A stretch of DNA of 64,000 nucleotides. Origin: an uncultured Gemmatimonadales bacterium. Lineage in GTDB: Bacteria > Gemmatimonadota > Gemmatimonadetes > Gemmatimonadales > GWC2-71-9. Below are positions 1-8,264 of this stretch, piece after piece. Below the pieces are notes generated by a model that was not told where the DNA came from, did not search any database, and saw nothing but the letters and a program-made list of their open reading frames with translations. The position numbers were made by a program, and so were the translations under genes. The stretch covers positions 64,001 to 128,000 of the forward strand of contig CAWHFW010000005.1 of NCBI GenBank assembly GCA_963828735.1, read 5' to 3'. How positions within the stretch are numbered: the first letter of the stretch is position 1; each line of letters begins with the position of its first letter.

Positions 1-9
1 ATCGGAGCC

Positions 10-585
10 TCACGAGCCGCCGAGGAGCGATGCCTCGACCAGCTCGACGACGATGTGCTCGAGCGCGAGGTGGAGGACCTGGATCAGCCCGGTCTCGTCG
101 GCGGGCACCACCACGGCCTCGTCCACCGCCTTCGCCAGCTCCCCACCGCCCCGGCCCAGGAAGCCCACGGTCGCCGCGCCGAGGGTGCGGGCCGCGCGGG
201 CGGCCTCGAGCAGGTTGGGGCTCTTGCCGCTCGTGCTGTGGAGCACCAGCAGGTCGCCCGGCCTGCAGTGGGCTTCCACCTGGCGGGCGAAGATCCGGTC
301 GAAGCCGAGGTCGTTGCCCGCCGCGGTCAGGATCGATGTGTCCGTCGTGAGGGCGACCGCCGCGAGTGGTCGGCGGTCCGCGGCGTACCGCACCACGTAC
401 TCGGTCGCCAGGTGCTGCGCGTCAGCAGCGCTGCCGCCGTTGCCGCAGAAGTAGAGCGTGCCGCCGCCGCGGAGGACCGCCACGTAGCGGTCGGCCACGC
501 GAGCGAGCTGCGGCGCCAGGAACTTGCTTGCGCCCGCGAGCGACGCGAGACGGTCGAGCGCGGCCTCGATCCGCTGTGCGCTCAC
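10..585 (-). CDS. gmhA: Phosphoheptose isomerase (SIS domain, GmhA/DiaA family)
   Basis: CGNGGSAADAQH, ALTTDTSILTA, ND.GFD.IFARQV and STSGKSPN motifs; GTG start overlaps the upstream stop (GTGA). Confidence 0.88.
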   Translation of the reverse strand: MSAQRIEAALDRLASLAGASKFLAPQLARVADRYVAVLRGGGTLYFCGNGGSAADAQHLATEYVVRYAADRRPLAAVALTTDTSILTAAGNDLGFDRIFARQVEAHCRPGDLLVLHSTSGKSPNLLEAARAARTLGAATVGFLGRGGGELAKAVDEAVVVPADETGLIQVLHLALEHIVVELVEASLLGGS

Positions 586-1343
586 TGGTCGCCTCCGAGC
601 AGGTGGCGCAGGCGCTGCATCCAGGTCCGGCGGATCTCCAGCGGCGGGACGTCGATCAGCGGTTCGTCCCGGAGGATCGCCCCGGGATTGCGCACCGTGA
701 GGAGCTCGGCCTGGGTCTCGCCGTCGAGGGCGCGGAGGAAGTCAGCGCCCCCCGCGATGGTGCGATCATCACCGTGATTGTCTCCCGCGAGGATGTCCGC
801 GAGTCCGGCCGCGACCAGCTGGCGCGCACGCTGCCCGCGCGTCTGCGGCGAGTGCAGGGTGGTGGCATCCACCTGCATGCGCGCCCCCAGGCCCCGCCAG
901 AACGCGACCGCCTCGACGGAGCAGCAGCCGTAGCGTTCGGGGTGAGCCAGCACCGGCACGAGGCCGGCGTCGCGCACGCGGGTGAGCGCGTTGGTGACGG
1001 CATCCGCGGCGACGAGCCGGGGAAACTCCACGAGGATGTAGTGCGTGCCGCCGAGCGTGATGCGCCGCATGCGATCGGGCTCGACCGGCAGTGGTCGGTC
1101 CAGCATGACCTCCGCGCCACGGTGAAGCCGCGGGAGCTCCGGCGCCTGGGCGCGAAGCGCCGCGAACGCCTGGTCGTGGCGTGCGGGCGGCGCGTCCACC
1201 GTTTCATTGGCTCGGAGATGGGGCGTGAGGCAGACGTCGGTGATGCCCCGCTCCGCCATCTGCCGCAGCACCTCGACCGACTGCTCCACCGTTCGGGAGC
1301 CGTCATCGACCGCGGGCAGCAGATGGGAGTGCAGGTCGATCAC
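582..1343 (-). CDS. PHP-family tyrosine-protein phosphatase (CpsB/CapC-like)
   Basis: IDLHSHLLPAVDDGS, TPH, LAHPERY and GDNH motifs; start placed at GTG 1343, overlapping the upstream stop. Confidence 0.85.
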   Translation of the reverse strand: MIDLHSHLLPAVDDGSRTVEQSVEVLRQMAERGITDVCLTPHLRANETVDAPPARHDQAFAALRAQAPELPRLHRGAEVMLDRPLPVEPDRMRRITLGGTHYILVEFPRLVAADAVTNALTRVRDAGLVPVLAHPERYGCCSVEAVAFWRGLGARMQVDATTLHSPQTRGQRARQLVAAGLADILAGDNHGDDRTIAGGADFLRALDGETQAELLTVRNPGAILRDEPLIDVPPLEIRRTWMQRLRHLLGGDQ

Positions 1344-1642
1344 GTGCCGGGTCGCGAGGCCTGGAGCAGCGAGGTGGCGAAAGCGCCGAGCGCCGCCGGC
1401 GCCTGCTCCGCCTGCGCAAGCAGGGCCAGGGTGATGAGCGCATCCGCCGCGAGGAGGTCGAGCGCCACGGAGCGATCGCCGGGGTGGGCCACCACACCAG
1501 ACAGCGCCTGGGCGCCCGCGGTTGCGAGCGTCGTCGGAATCGAGGCCTCGGCTCGCACGGCCAGCGCGTGCTGGCGAACCCGGTCGCGCAGCGCCGCCGG
1601 CGCGGCGGCGGTGTGGCGGTCCAGCCACTCGGAGAGTGTCAC
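1340..1642 (-). CDS. Small hypothetical protein
   Basis: ORF fills the gap with GTGA overlaps at both ends; contains ALDLLAADALITLA helix. Confidence 0.65.
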   Translation of the reverse strand: MTLSEWLDRHTAAAPAALRDRVRQHALAVRAEASIPTTLATAGAQALSGVVAHPGDRSVALDLLAADALITLALLAQAEQAPAALGAFATSLLQASRPGT

Positions 1643-4272
1643 GCCGCCGCGTCCGAGAGCCATGCGGACACGACCCCCTGCGCGGCCGCCCGCGCGGCGG
1701 CCAGCTTCGACGGGTCGCCCGCGCCCGCGGAGGCGAAGTGGGGTCGGCCACCGCCCTTGCCGCCGCTCAGGGCGGCGATGCGGTTCACCAGGTCGCCGGC
1801 CTTGCGCCCGGCGCCCACCAGATCGTCCGTCAAGGCCACGTGGATCGCCCCGCGGCCCGCGTTGCTGAACAGCACGAGCACCGAGTTCCGCTTGCCTTCG
1901 CGGAACCGGTCCGCGATCTGGCCCACCTCGCCCCGGTCGTCCGTCGCAACCTCGGCGATGGTGACCTGCACGCCCCGGACCTCCGCGGTGTCGCCGGCAA
2001 TCGCCGCGCCGCCGCCCGACTTGAGCGCGTCCGCCAGACGGGCCTCCAGCCGGTCACGCTCCTCGAGCAGCTGTTCGATCCGCCGGACGACGTGCTCGGG
2101 CTGCGCCTTGAGCGCCTCGGCGACCCGGGCCAGACGCTGCTCGATCTCGCGCACGGCGCGAAGCGCGCCCGTCCCCGTCACGGCCTCGATCCGACGCACG
2201 CCGGCCGCGACGCCGCTTTGCCCCAAGAATCGGAAGGTGCCGATCTGGCCCGTGGTGCGGACGTGCGTGCCTCCACAGAGCTCGATTGACGGACCCATCT
2301 GCACGACGCGCACCCGGTCCCCGTACTTCTCCGAGAAGAACGCCATCGCCCCGAGCGCCAGCGCGTCGGGGTAGGCCATCTCGCGCGTGGTCACCGGATC
2401 GTTCGAGAGCACGAGACGGCTCACGTCCTCCTCGATCGCCTGCAAGGTCGGCGGGTCGATCGGCCCGTGGTGCGAGAAGTCGAAGCGCAGGCGGCCCGGC
2501 TCGACGAGCGAGCCCTGCTGCCGCACATGCGTGCCGAGGTGCTTGCGCAAGGCGTGGTGCACCAGATGAGTCGCGCTGTGGTTCCGCTCGATGTCGTGGC
2601 GCCGCGGCGCGTCCACCTCGGCACGGACGATCTCGGGCTCGAACGTCCGCTCGAAGGTCCCGCTCACGATGGTGCCCTTGGCGTCCTTCCGCACCGCGTC
2701 CACCGGCACGGACCAGCCTGAGCCCCCCACCGCGCCGACGTCGCTCACCTGACCGCCGGACTCGGCGTAGAACGGGTTCTCGCGCAGCACCAGGTCCACT
2801 CGCGGTCCGTCCTGCCGGAACGCGAGGATGTCGGTGTCCGCCTCGGTGGACTGATAGCCTACGAACTTCTGTTTGCCTCGCTTGACGCTACGCCACTTGC
2901 CGGCCTGGGAGGTGTGGACCGCCGGGGCGCCCGCGGTGGTCTTGCCGGAGGTGCGCGCGGTCCTGGAGCGGGTCCGCTGTCCCTCGAGCGCCCGCTCGAA
3001 GCCCGCCGTGTCCACGCTGACGCCCCGCTCCTCGGCGATGATCGCGGTGAGATCGATCGGGAAGCCGAACGTATCGTAAAGCTTGAACGCATCGTCACCG
3101 GAGATCTGGCGCCCACCCGACGCGAAGATCTCCTCGAGACGGCGCAACCCGCCCTCGATCGTCTCGAGGAACCGGTGCTCCTCGTTCTCGGTGACCTCGC
3201 GCAGGTAGCCGGCCTTGGCCTCGAGCTCCGGATAGACGTCGCCCATCTCGGCGACGACCACGTCGGTGAGCGGCGCCAGCGTCGGCTCGCGGCGCCCGAG
3301 CAGCCAGGCGTGGCGCACCGCCCGGCGGAGAATGCGGCGCAACACGTACCCGCGCCCTTCGTTGCTCGGGTACACGCCGTCGGCCAGCAGGAAGCTCACC
3401 GCGCGAGCATGGTCGGCCAGCACGCGGTAGGACGCGCGCTCCTCCGACGCCCGATCGTAGGGGCGTCCCACAAGCTCGCCCACGCGGTCGATGAGCGGCT
3501 GGAACGCGTCGGTGTGAAAGTTGTCGTCCTCGCCCTGCATGACCGCGGCAATGCGCTCGAGGCCGGCGCCGGTGTCCACCGAGGGCTTGGGGAGCGGCGT
3601 GAGGGTCCCGTCCGCGGACCGGTCGAACTGCATGAAGACCAGGTTCCAGATTTCCAGAAACCGCCCGGCCTCCGCCAGCTCCTCGAACTCGGCCTGCGGG
3701 ATCTCGACGGGGCGGTCGCCCGGGCGCCATTCGAGGTCCACGTAGATCTCGGTGCACGGCCCGCACGGGCCAGTATCACCCATCTGCCAGAAGTTGTCCT
3801 TGTCACCCAGCCCGTAGATGCGGTGGTCGGGCAGGCCCGCGACGTCGCGCCAGTAGCCGCGTGCCTCGTCGTCCGTATGGTGCACGGTGACCCGCAGCCG
3901 GTCGGCGGGAATGCCGAGATACGCCGGGCTGGTGACGAACTCCCACGCGAAGTCGATGGCGTCGCGCTTGAAGTAGTCGCCGAAGGAGAAGTTCCCCAGC
4001 ATCTCGAAGAAGGTGTGGTGCCGCTTGGTGTGGCCCACCTGTTCGAGGTCGTTGTGCTTTCCCCCTGCCCGGACGCACTTCTGACAGGTGGTGGCACGCG
4101 CATAGTCGCGCCGCTCCTGCCCCAGGAAGGTGCGCTTGAACTGCACCATGCCGGCATTGGTGAACAGCAGCGTCGGATCGTCGGCAGGCACCAGTGACGA
4201 AGAAGGCACCTCACGGTGCCCCTTGGCGACGAAAAAGTCGAGGAATAGGCGTCTGATCCTGGCGGACTGCAT
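1639..4272 (-). CDS. alaS: Alanine--tRNA ligase
   Basis: DPTLLFTNAGMVQFK, HHTFFEMLGNFSFGDYFK, HSATH and ELCGGTHV editing motifs, GGKGGG C-terminus. Confidence 0.98.
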   Translation of the reverse strand: MQSARIRRLFLDFFVAKGHREVPSSSLVPADDPTLLFTNAGMVQFKRTFLGQERRDYARATTCQKCVRAGGKHNDLEQVGHTKRHHTFFEMLGNFSFGDYFKRDAIDFAWEFVTSPAYLGIPADRLRVTVHHTDDEARGYWRDVAGLPDHRIYGLGDKDNFWQMGDTGPCGPCTEIYVDLEWRPGDRPVEIPQAEFEELAEAGRFLEIWNLVFMQFDRSADGTLTPLPKPSVDTGAGLERIAAVMQGEDDNFHTDAFQPLIDRVGELVGRPYDRASEERASYRVLADHARAVSFLLADGVYPSNEGRGYVLRRILRRAVRHAWLLGRREPTLAPLTDVVVAEMGDVYPELEAKAGYLREVTENEEHRFLETIEGGLRRLEEIFASGGRQISGDDAFKLYDTFGFPIDLTAIIAEERGVSVDTAGFERALEGQRTRSRTARTSGKTTAGAPAVHTSQAGKWRSVKRGKQKFVGYQSTEADTDILAFRQDGPRVDLVLRENPFYAESGGQVSDVGAVGGSGWSVPVDAVRKDAKGTIVSGTFERTFEPEIVRAEVDAPRRHDIERNHSATHLVHHALRKHLGTHVRQQGSLVEPGRLRFDFSHHGPIDPPTLQAIEEDVSRLVLSNDPVTTREMAYPDALALGAMAFFSEKYGDRVRVVQMGPSIELCGGTHVRTTGQIGTFRFLGQSGVAAGVRRIEAVTGTGALRAVREIEQRLARVAEALKAQPEHVVRRIEQLLEERDRLEARLADALKSGGGAAIAGDTAEVRGVQVTIAEVATDDRGEVGQIADRFREGKRNSVLVLFSNAGRGAIHVALTDDLVGAGRKAGDLVNRIAALSGGKGGGRPHFASAGAGDPSKLAAARAAAQGVVSAWLSDAAA

Positions 4273-4391
4273 GGGGGGAAAATATAGTCCGGCCCCGACT
4301 TAGGGGCTATGGTCGGAGTGTGCGCGAACGTGAGCGGAATGCGAAGCCGAGAGGACCGGCTGGCGGAGGGAAGCCGGCCAGCTCCGAAAGA

Positions 4392-5042
4392 TCAGCGCGC
4401 TCCGACCCGTGCGTCCACGACCCGCGCGACCAGATCGGTGATGTCACGTCCGGAAAATCCGCGCCGCGCGAGATAGGCCAGGACGCGCCGCCGCTTGACG
4501 GACCGCGGCAGATCGCCCAGCTGGGCGGCTCGTTTGGCGGCGAGCGCCGCCGGCACCTGGGTGCGATCGCTCCCCTCCGGCCACTCCGCGGCGAGCGCAC
4601 GATCGATGAGCGCGCGCTCGACCCCCATCGCGAGCAGGTCACGCGTGAGGCGCGACGGACCGCGCCCCCGCTGTGCGCGCGTCTGCACGTACGACACGGC
4701 GAACGCCGCGTCGTCGAGCAGCCCGAGCGCGGTGGCGCGCTCCACGGCGGACTCCACCGCGGGCCGCGGGTGACCCTTGCGGATCAGCCTGCGGGCGAGA
4801 TCGGTCCGCGCGAACGAGCGGCGCTCGAGCGCCCGGAGGAGCGTCCGGAACGCGCCTTCCGCGTCCGCCGCGGCGACGAGTCGTTCGTGCAGCTCGGCAT
4901 CCACCGTGCGGCCCACCGCGAGTCCGGCCGCCTCGGCGAGCTCCATCGACACCACTCCGAACCGGACGCCATCGACCGTGACCCGAAGCGTACCGGGGCG
5001 CCGCGGATCCGGCTCGAGGCCCGTGAGAACCGGCAGGGTCAC
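4392..5042 (-). CDS. recX: Regulatory protein RecX
   Basis: Directly downstream of rec[15 protein letters not shown] and LARRGF motifs. Confidence 0.9.
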   Translation of the reverse strand: MTLPVLTGLEPDPRRPGTLRVTVDGVRFGVVSMELAEAAGLAVGRTVDAELHERLVAAADAEGAFRTLLRALERRSFARTDLARRLIRKGHPRPAVESAVERATALGLLDDAAFAVSYVQTRAQRGRGPSRLTRDLLAMGVERALIDRALAAEWPEGSDRTQVPAALAAKRAAQLGDLPRSVKRRRVLAYLARRGFSGRDITDLVARVVDARVGAR

Positions 5043-6097
5043 TCGTCGTCGTCCGCGGCGGTACCGGTGCCGGCGCTCACGCCGGCGTGCATGCCGAGCA
5101 GCTCCTTCACCTTGCCCTCGACCTCCGCCATGAGCGGCGGGTTGTCGCGCAGGAACAGCTTGGCATTCTCCCGGCCCTGGCCGATGCGCTGATCGCCGTA
5201 GGAGTACCAGGCGCCGGACTTCTGGATGATGTTCGCTTCGGAGGCGAGATCCACCAGCAGCGAAGTGTGGCTGATGCCCTCGTCGAACATCACGTCGAAC
5301 TCCGCCTGGCGGAACGGCGGTGCGACCTTGTTCTTCACGACCTTCACGCGCACGTGATTGCCGATGACCACCTCCCGCTCCTTGACGGGCCCGATGCGGC
5401 GGATGTCGAGGCGGAGCGAGGCGTAGAATTTGAGCGCCTTCCCGCCGGTGGTGGTCTCCGGGTTACCGAACATCACGCCGATCTTCTCACGCAGCTGGTT
5501 GATGAAGACCACGGCGCAATTGGAGCGGTTGATGGCGCCGGCCAGCTTCCGGAGGGCCTGGCTCATGAGCCGGGCCTGGAGGCCGACATGGCTGTCGCCC
5601 ATTTCGCCCTCGATTTCGGCCTTGGGGACGAGGGCGGCGACCGAATCGATGACCACGATGTCCACCGCGCCCGAGCGCACCAGGATCTCGACGATCTCGA
5701 GCGCCTGCTCGCCGGTATCCGGCTGCGAGACGAGGAGGTCCTCGACGTTGACGCCCAGCTTCTTGGCGTACTCGATGTCGAGCGCATGCTCCGCGTCCAC
5801 GTAGGCGGCGACGCCGCCCGCCTTCTGCACATTGGCCGCGAGATGAAGGGTGAGCGTGGTCTTGCCGGAGGATTCGGGGCCGTAGATCTCGGTGATCCGG
5901 CCGCGCGGGATGCCGCCCACGCCGGTGGCGGCGTCGAGGTTGATGGCGCCGGTGGGGATGGCGGCCACCTTCACCCGGGCCGACTCGCTGCCCATCCGCA
6001 TGATGGAGCCCTTGCCGAGCTGCTTCTCGATCTGGGAGATGGCGAGCCCGAGGGCCTTTCGGCGGTCGGCGTCGAGCCGGGATTCTTCTGCGGCCAT
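5039..6097 (-). CDS. recA: Recombinase RecA
   Basis: GPESSGKTT Walker [29 protein letters not shown]. Confidence 0.99.
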   Translation of the reverse strand: MAAEESRLDADRRKALGLAISQIEKQLGKGSIMRMGSESARVKVAAIPTGAINLDAATGVGGIPRGRITEIYGPESSGKTTLTLHLAANVQKAGGVAAYVDAEHALDIEYAKKLGVNVEDLLVSQPDTGEQALEIVEILVRSGAVDIVVIDSVAALVPKAEIEGEMGDSHVGLQARLMSQALRKLAGAINRSNCAVVFINQLREKIGVMFGNPETTTGGKALKFYASLRLDIRRIGPVKEREVVIGNHVRVKVVKNKVAPPFRQAEFDVMFDEGISHTSLLVDLASEANIIQKSGAWYSYGDQRIGQGRENAKLFLRDNPPLMAEVEGKVKELLGMHAGVSAGTGTAADDDE

Positions 6098-6155
6098 GGC
6101 GATCCTCTGGAATGTTGTTGTGACCGATTTTGCTACACATCAGTAGCTGCGAGCC

Positions 6156-6184
6156 AATGTAATACCGAACGATTGCCGAATCAA
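6156..6184 (-). promoter_or_regulatory. Sigma70-type recA promoter (TTGATT-17 bp-TACATT) overlapped by an ATTC-N7-GTTC direct repeat
   Basis: Hexamers and 17-bp spacing read directly in the AT-rich region upstream of recA. Confidence 0.6.
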
Positions 6185-6221
6185 TAGTTCTCTCGTGACC
6201 GATTTTGAGTCACATAACGTA

Positions 6222-6620
6222 TCATCCTCGCCAGGCATCCTCCAAGTGCTCGACCCGGCCCCGGCCGCCGCGGCGAAACACCTCGATCACGTCGAACCGG
6301 AAGACGTCCCCTACCCGTCCATGCCGCTCCCGCCAGACCTCCGCCACCCGCGTGATGGTCCGCCGCTTTCGCCAGTGCACGCTCTCCGCCGGTGAGCCCC
6401 AGGCCGACGACGTGCGCGTCTTCACCTCGATGAACGCCACCAGCGCGCCCTGCCGCGCGACCAGATCCAGTTCCTGGTGGCCCAGCCGGAACCGATGGGC
6501 CTCGATGGACCAGCCGCGCCCGACGAGGTACGTCATCGCGAGGCGCTCGCCCCACAGTCCGCAGCGCTGACGCGCATCCTTCCACTCGTGGCTGGGAACG
6601 AACGGGGGCCGCGCAGGCAT
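6222..6620 (-). CDS. yraN: YraN family protein (UPF0102)
   Basis: G.WGERLA, ELDLVA, FIEVKTR and RFDVI motifs; start at ATG 6620, 5 nt after a TACCGT -10-like box. Confidence 0.9.
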   Translation of the reverse strand: MPARPPFVPSHEWKDARQRCGLWGERLAMTYLVGRGWSIEAHRFRLGHQELDLVARQGALVAFIEVKTRTSSAWGSPAESVHWRKRRTITRVAEVWRERHGRVGDVFRFDVIEVFRRGGRGRVEHLEDAWRG

Positions 6621-6651
6621 GCCGCACGGTAGCGGCACGCACGCGGACGGT

Positions 6652-6679
6652 CGCCACCATTCCGGCGGGAACGGTGGCG
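6652..6679 (-). terminator. Hairpin downstream of the M28 peptidase gene (possible terminator)
   Basis: 12-bp stem with one G-U pair on the minus strand and a 4-nt loop; no clear U-tract. Confidence 0.35.
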
Positions 6680-6747
6680 TGAAATCGCCGTGCGATGATG
6701 ATGTCTGAGCTGATCCTTCGGCGATCGAAGGGCGCGATGCTGCGGCG

Positions 6748-8232
6748 CTACGGCCGTCGTCCCCGTCTTCCCGCGTTCCAGTCGTCCCAGACGCCGAACG
6801 TCTTCATCTGGTCCGACAGATCGGTGTTGCGGACCAACGAATCCACCTGCGGCGCGGTCTGGCGGGGCAGCGCCAGGTCGCCGTTGGCGAAGCCCCACGT
6901 CACCGCCGCCGCGATGGCGGCGTTCAGGCGAAGCTGCCGCAGGTCGGCCCGGCCGAACTCGTCCGAGCGGGCGTGGTAGTTGGGTCCGTAGTTGGCCGAT
7001 TCCTGGTTGCCGACGAGATTCGCGACGCCCTGCATCATGAAGTCGTAGTTGTCGGTGCCGACGATGGGAAGGTTGATGGGCGTGAACGGCCCGAGTCCGG
7101 CGACCGGCGTCAACGCCCGAGCGAGCGGCTCGAGGAGGTCCGACCTCCCTCCGGTGAAGAACCCGGTGATCCGCCCCGTGCCGATGTCGTACGCCGACGC
7201 CATGACGGTGTGGTCCAGCTCATCTCGATGGGCCACGGTGTAGCCGAAGGAGCCGAGCAGGCCCTGCTCCTCCCCGCTCCACAGGGCGAAGCGGATGGTC
7301 CGCTCCGGGACGAGACCGAGCCGGTGCATCTGACGCGCGATGTCGAGCACCATCATCGCGTTTGCGCCGTTGTCGAGTGCCCCCGTGCCCAGGTCCCAGG
7401 AGTCGAGATGTGCGCCGATGAGCACGATCTCGTCCGGCCTCGAACGGCCCCGGATCTCGCCGATCACGTTGTAGCTCTCGTACGCCGGGCCGGACTGCAC
7501 GTCGAGCGCGGCCGTGAGCGTGAGCCGCTTGCCCGCGCGCAACAGGCGGAGCGCGCGGGCGGCCGCGTCGCGCTCCATCATCATCATCGGGTGGGTCGTC
7601 GCCAGGCCGGTCGAGGCGTTGTGCCTCGCGAGCAGATCGTTCGGCCGGGAAGACATGTACACCAGGCCAGTCGCCCCCGCCGCGAACGCCCGACGCTCGA
7701 TACCGACCGCCTCGTTGTACTCCTTGAAGAGCCCATCGATGTCGTGCAGCTCTTCCGTCTCGATCAGGACGAAAGCGCCCCGTGCCGCGGTGCCCAGACG
7801 CGTGAAGTCCGCCTCGGCCCCCGCCCCGGCGTCGACCAATGGGAGGGTGAGGCCGGCCGCCGGGGTGCCGGTCGAGAACGGGAGCGCGGCGATCCTGGGA
7901 CGGAACTAGACGCCTTCGCCCTTCACCGTCGCGGAGGCCGAGCGCTCGAGCCAGAGCCCCGGCATCGTGAATGGCTCGCGCCGGACCGTGACGCCGGCCT
8001 CGCGAAACCGTCCGACGGCCCAGTCGACGGCTCTGAGGTTGGCCGGCGAGCCCGTCGTCCGGCCGCCGATCTCGTCGGTGAGGGTCTGCAGGTCCTGGAC
8101 GAGCGGCGTGTCCTCGAGAAGAGAGCCGACTAGGCGGCGGGCGCCGTCGTCCTGGGCGTGGAGCGGTCCGCTCGCGAGGAGCACCAGCAGCAGGGTGCCG
8201 GGCACGATGGGCGGGAGAGGGCGGCGCGTCAC
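6748..8232 (-). pseudogene. Secreted M28 family peptidase (carboxypeptidase Q-like) interrupted by an in-frame TAG at 7906-7908
   Basis: Signal peptide and DEIGGRTTGS before the stop; same frame continues to GAHLDSWDLGTGALDNG, GEEQGLLGS and YH..SD; 495 codons in total. Confidence 0.8.
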
Positions 8233-8264
8233 GGTCGACTCCGCGATGTGGAGGGGGAAAAGAG

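Noticed and set aside
4290..4391. Structured RNA or T-box between recX and alaS
   Set aside because: Only a short GC-rich hairpin; no T-box motif, and the alaS -10 box lies directly before its ATG
6177..6190. Gram-positive-type LexA box (GAAC-N4-GTTC)
   Set aside because: The sequence is GAAT-N5-GTTC, with the wrong spacing and a mismatch
7906..7908. Pyrrolysine or genome-wide amber recoding
   Set aside because: No pyl genes in the window, and TAG terminates ftsK, hutH, tatA, tolQ and secA at their expected ends
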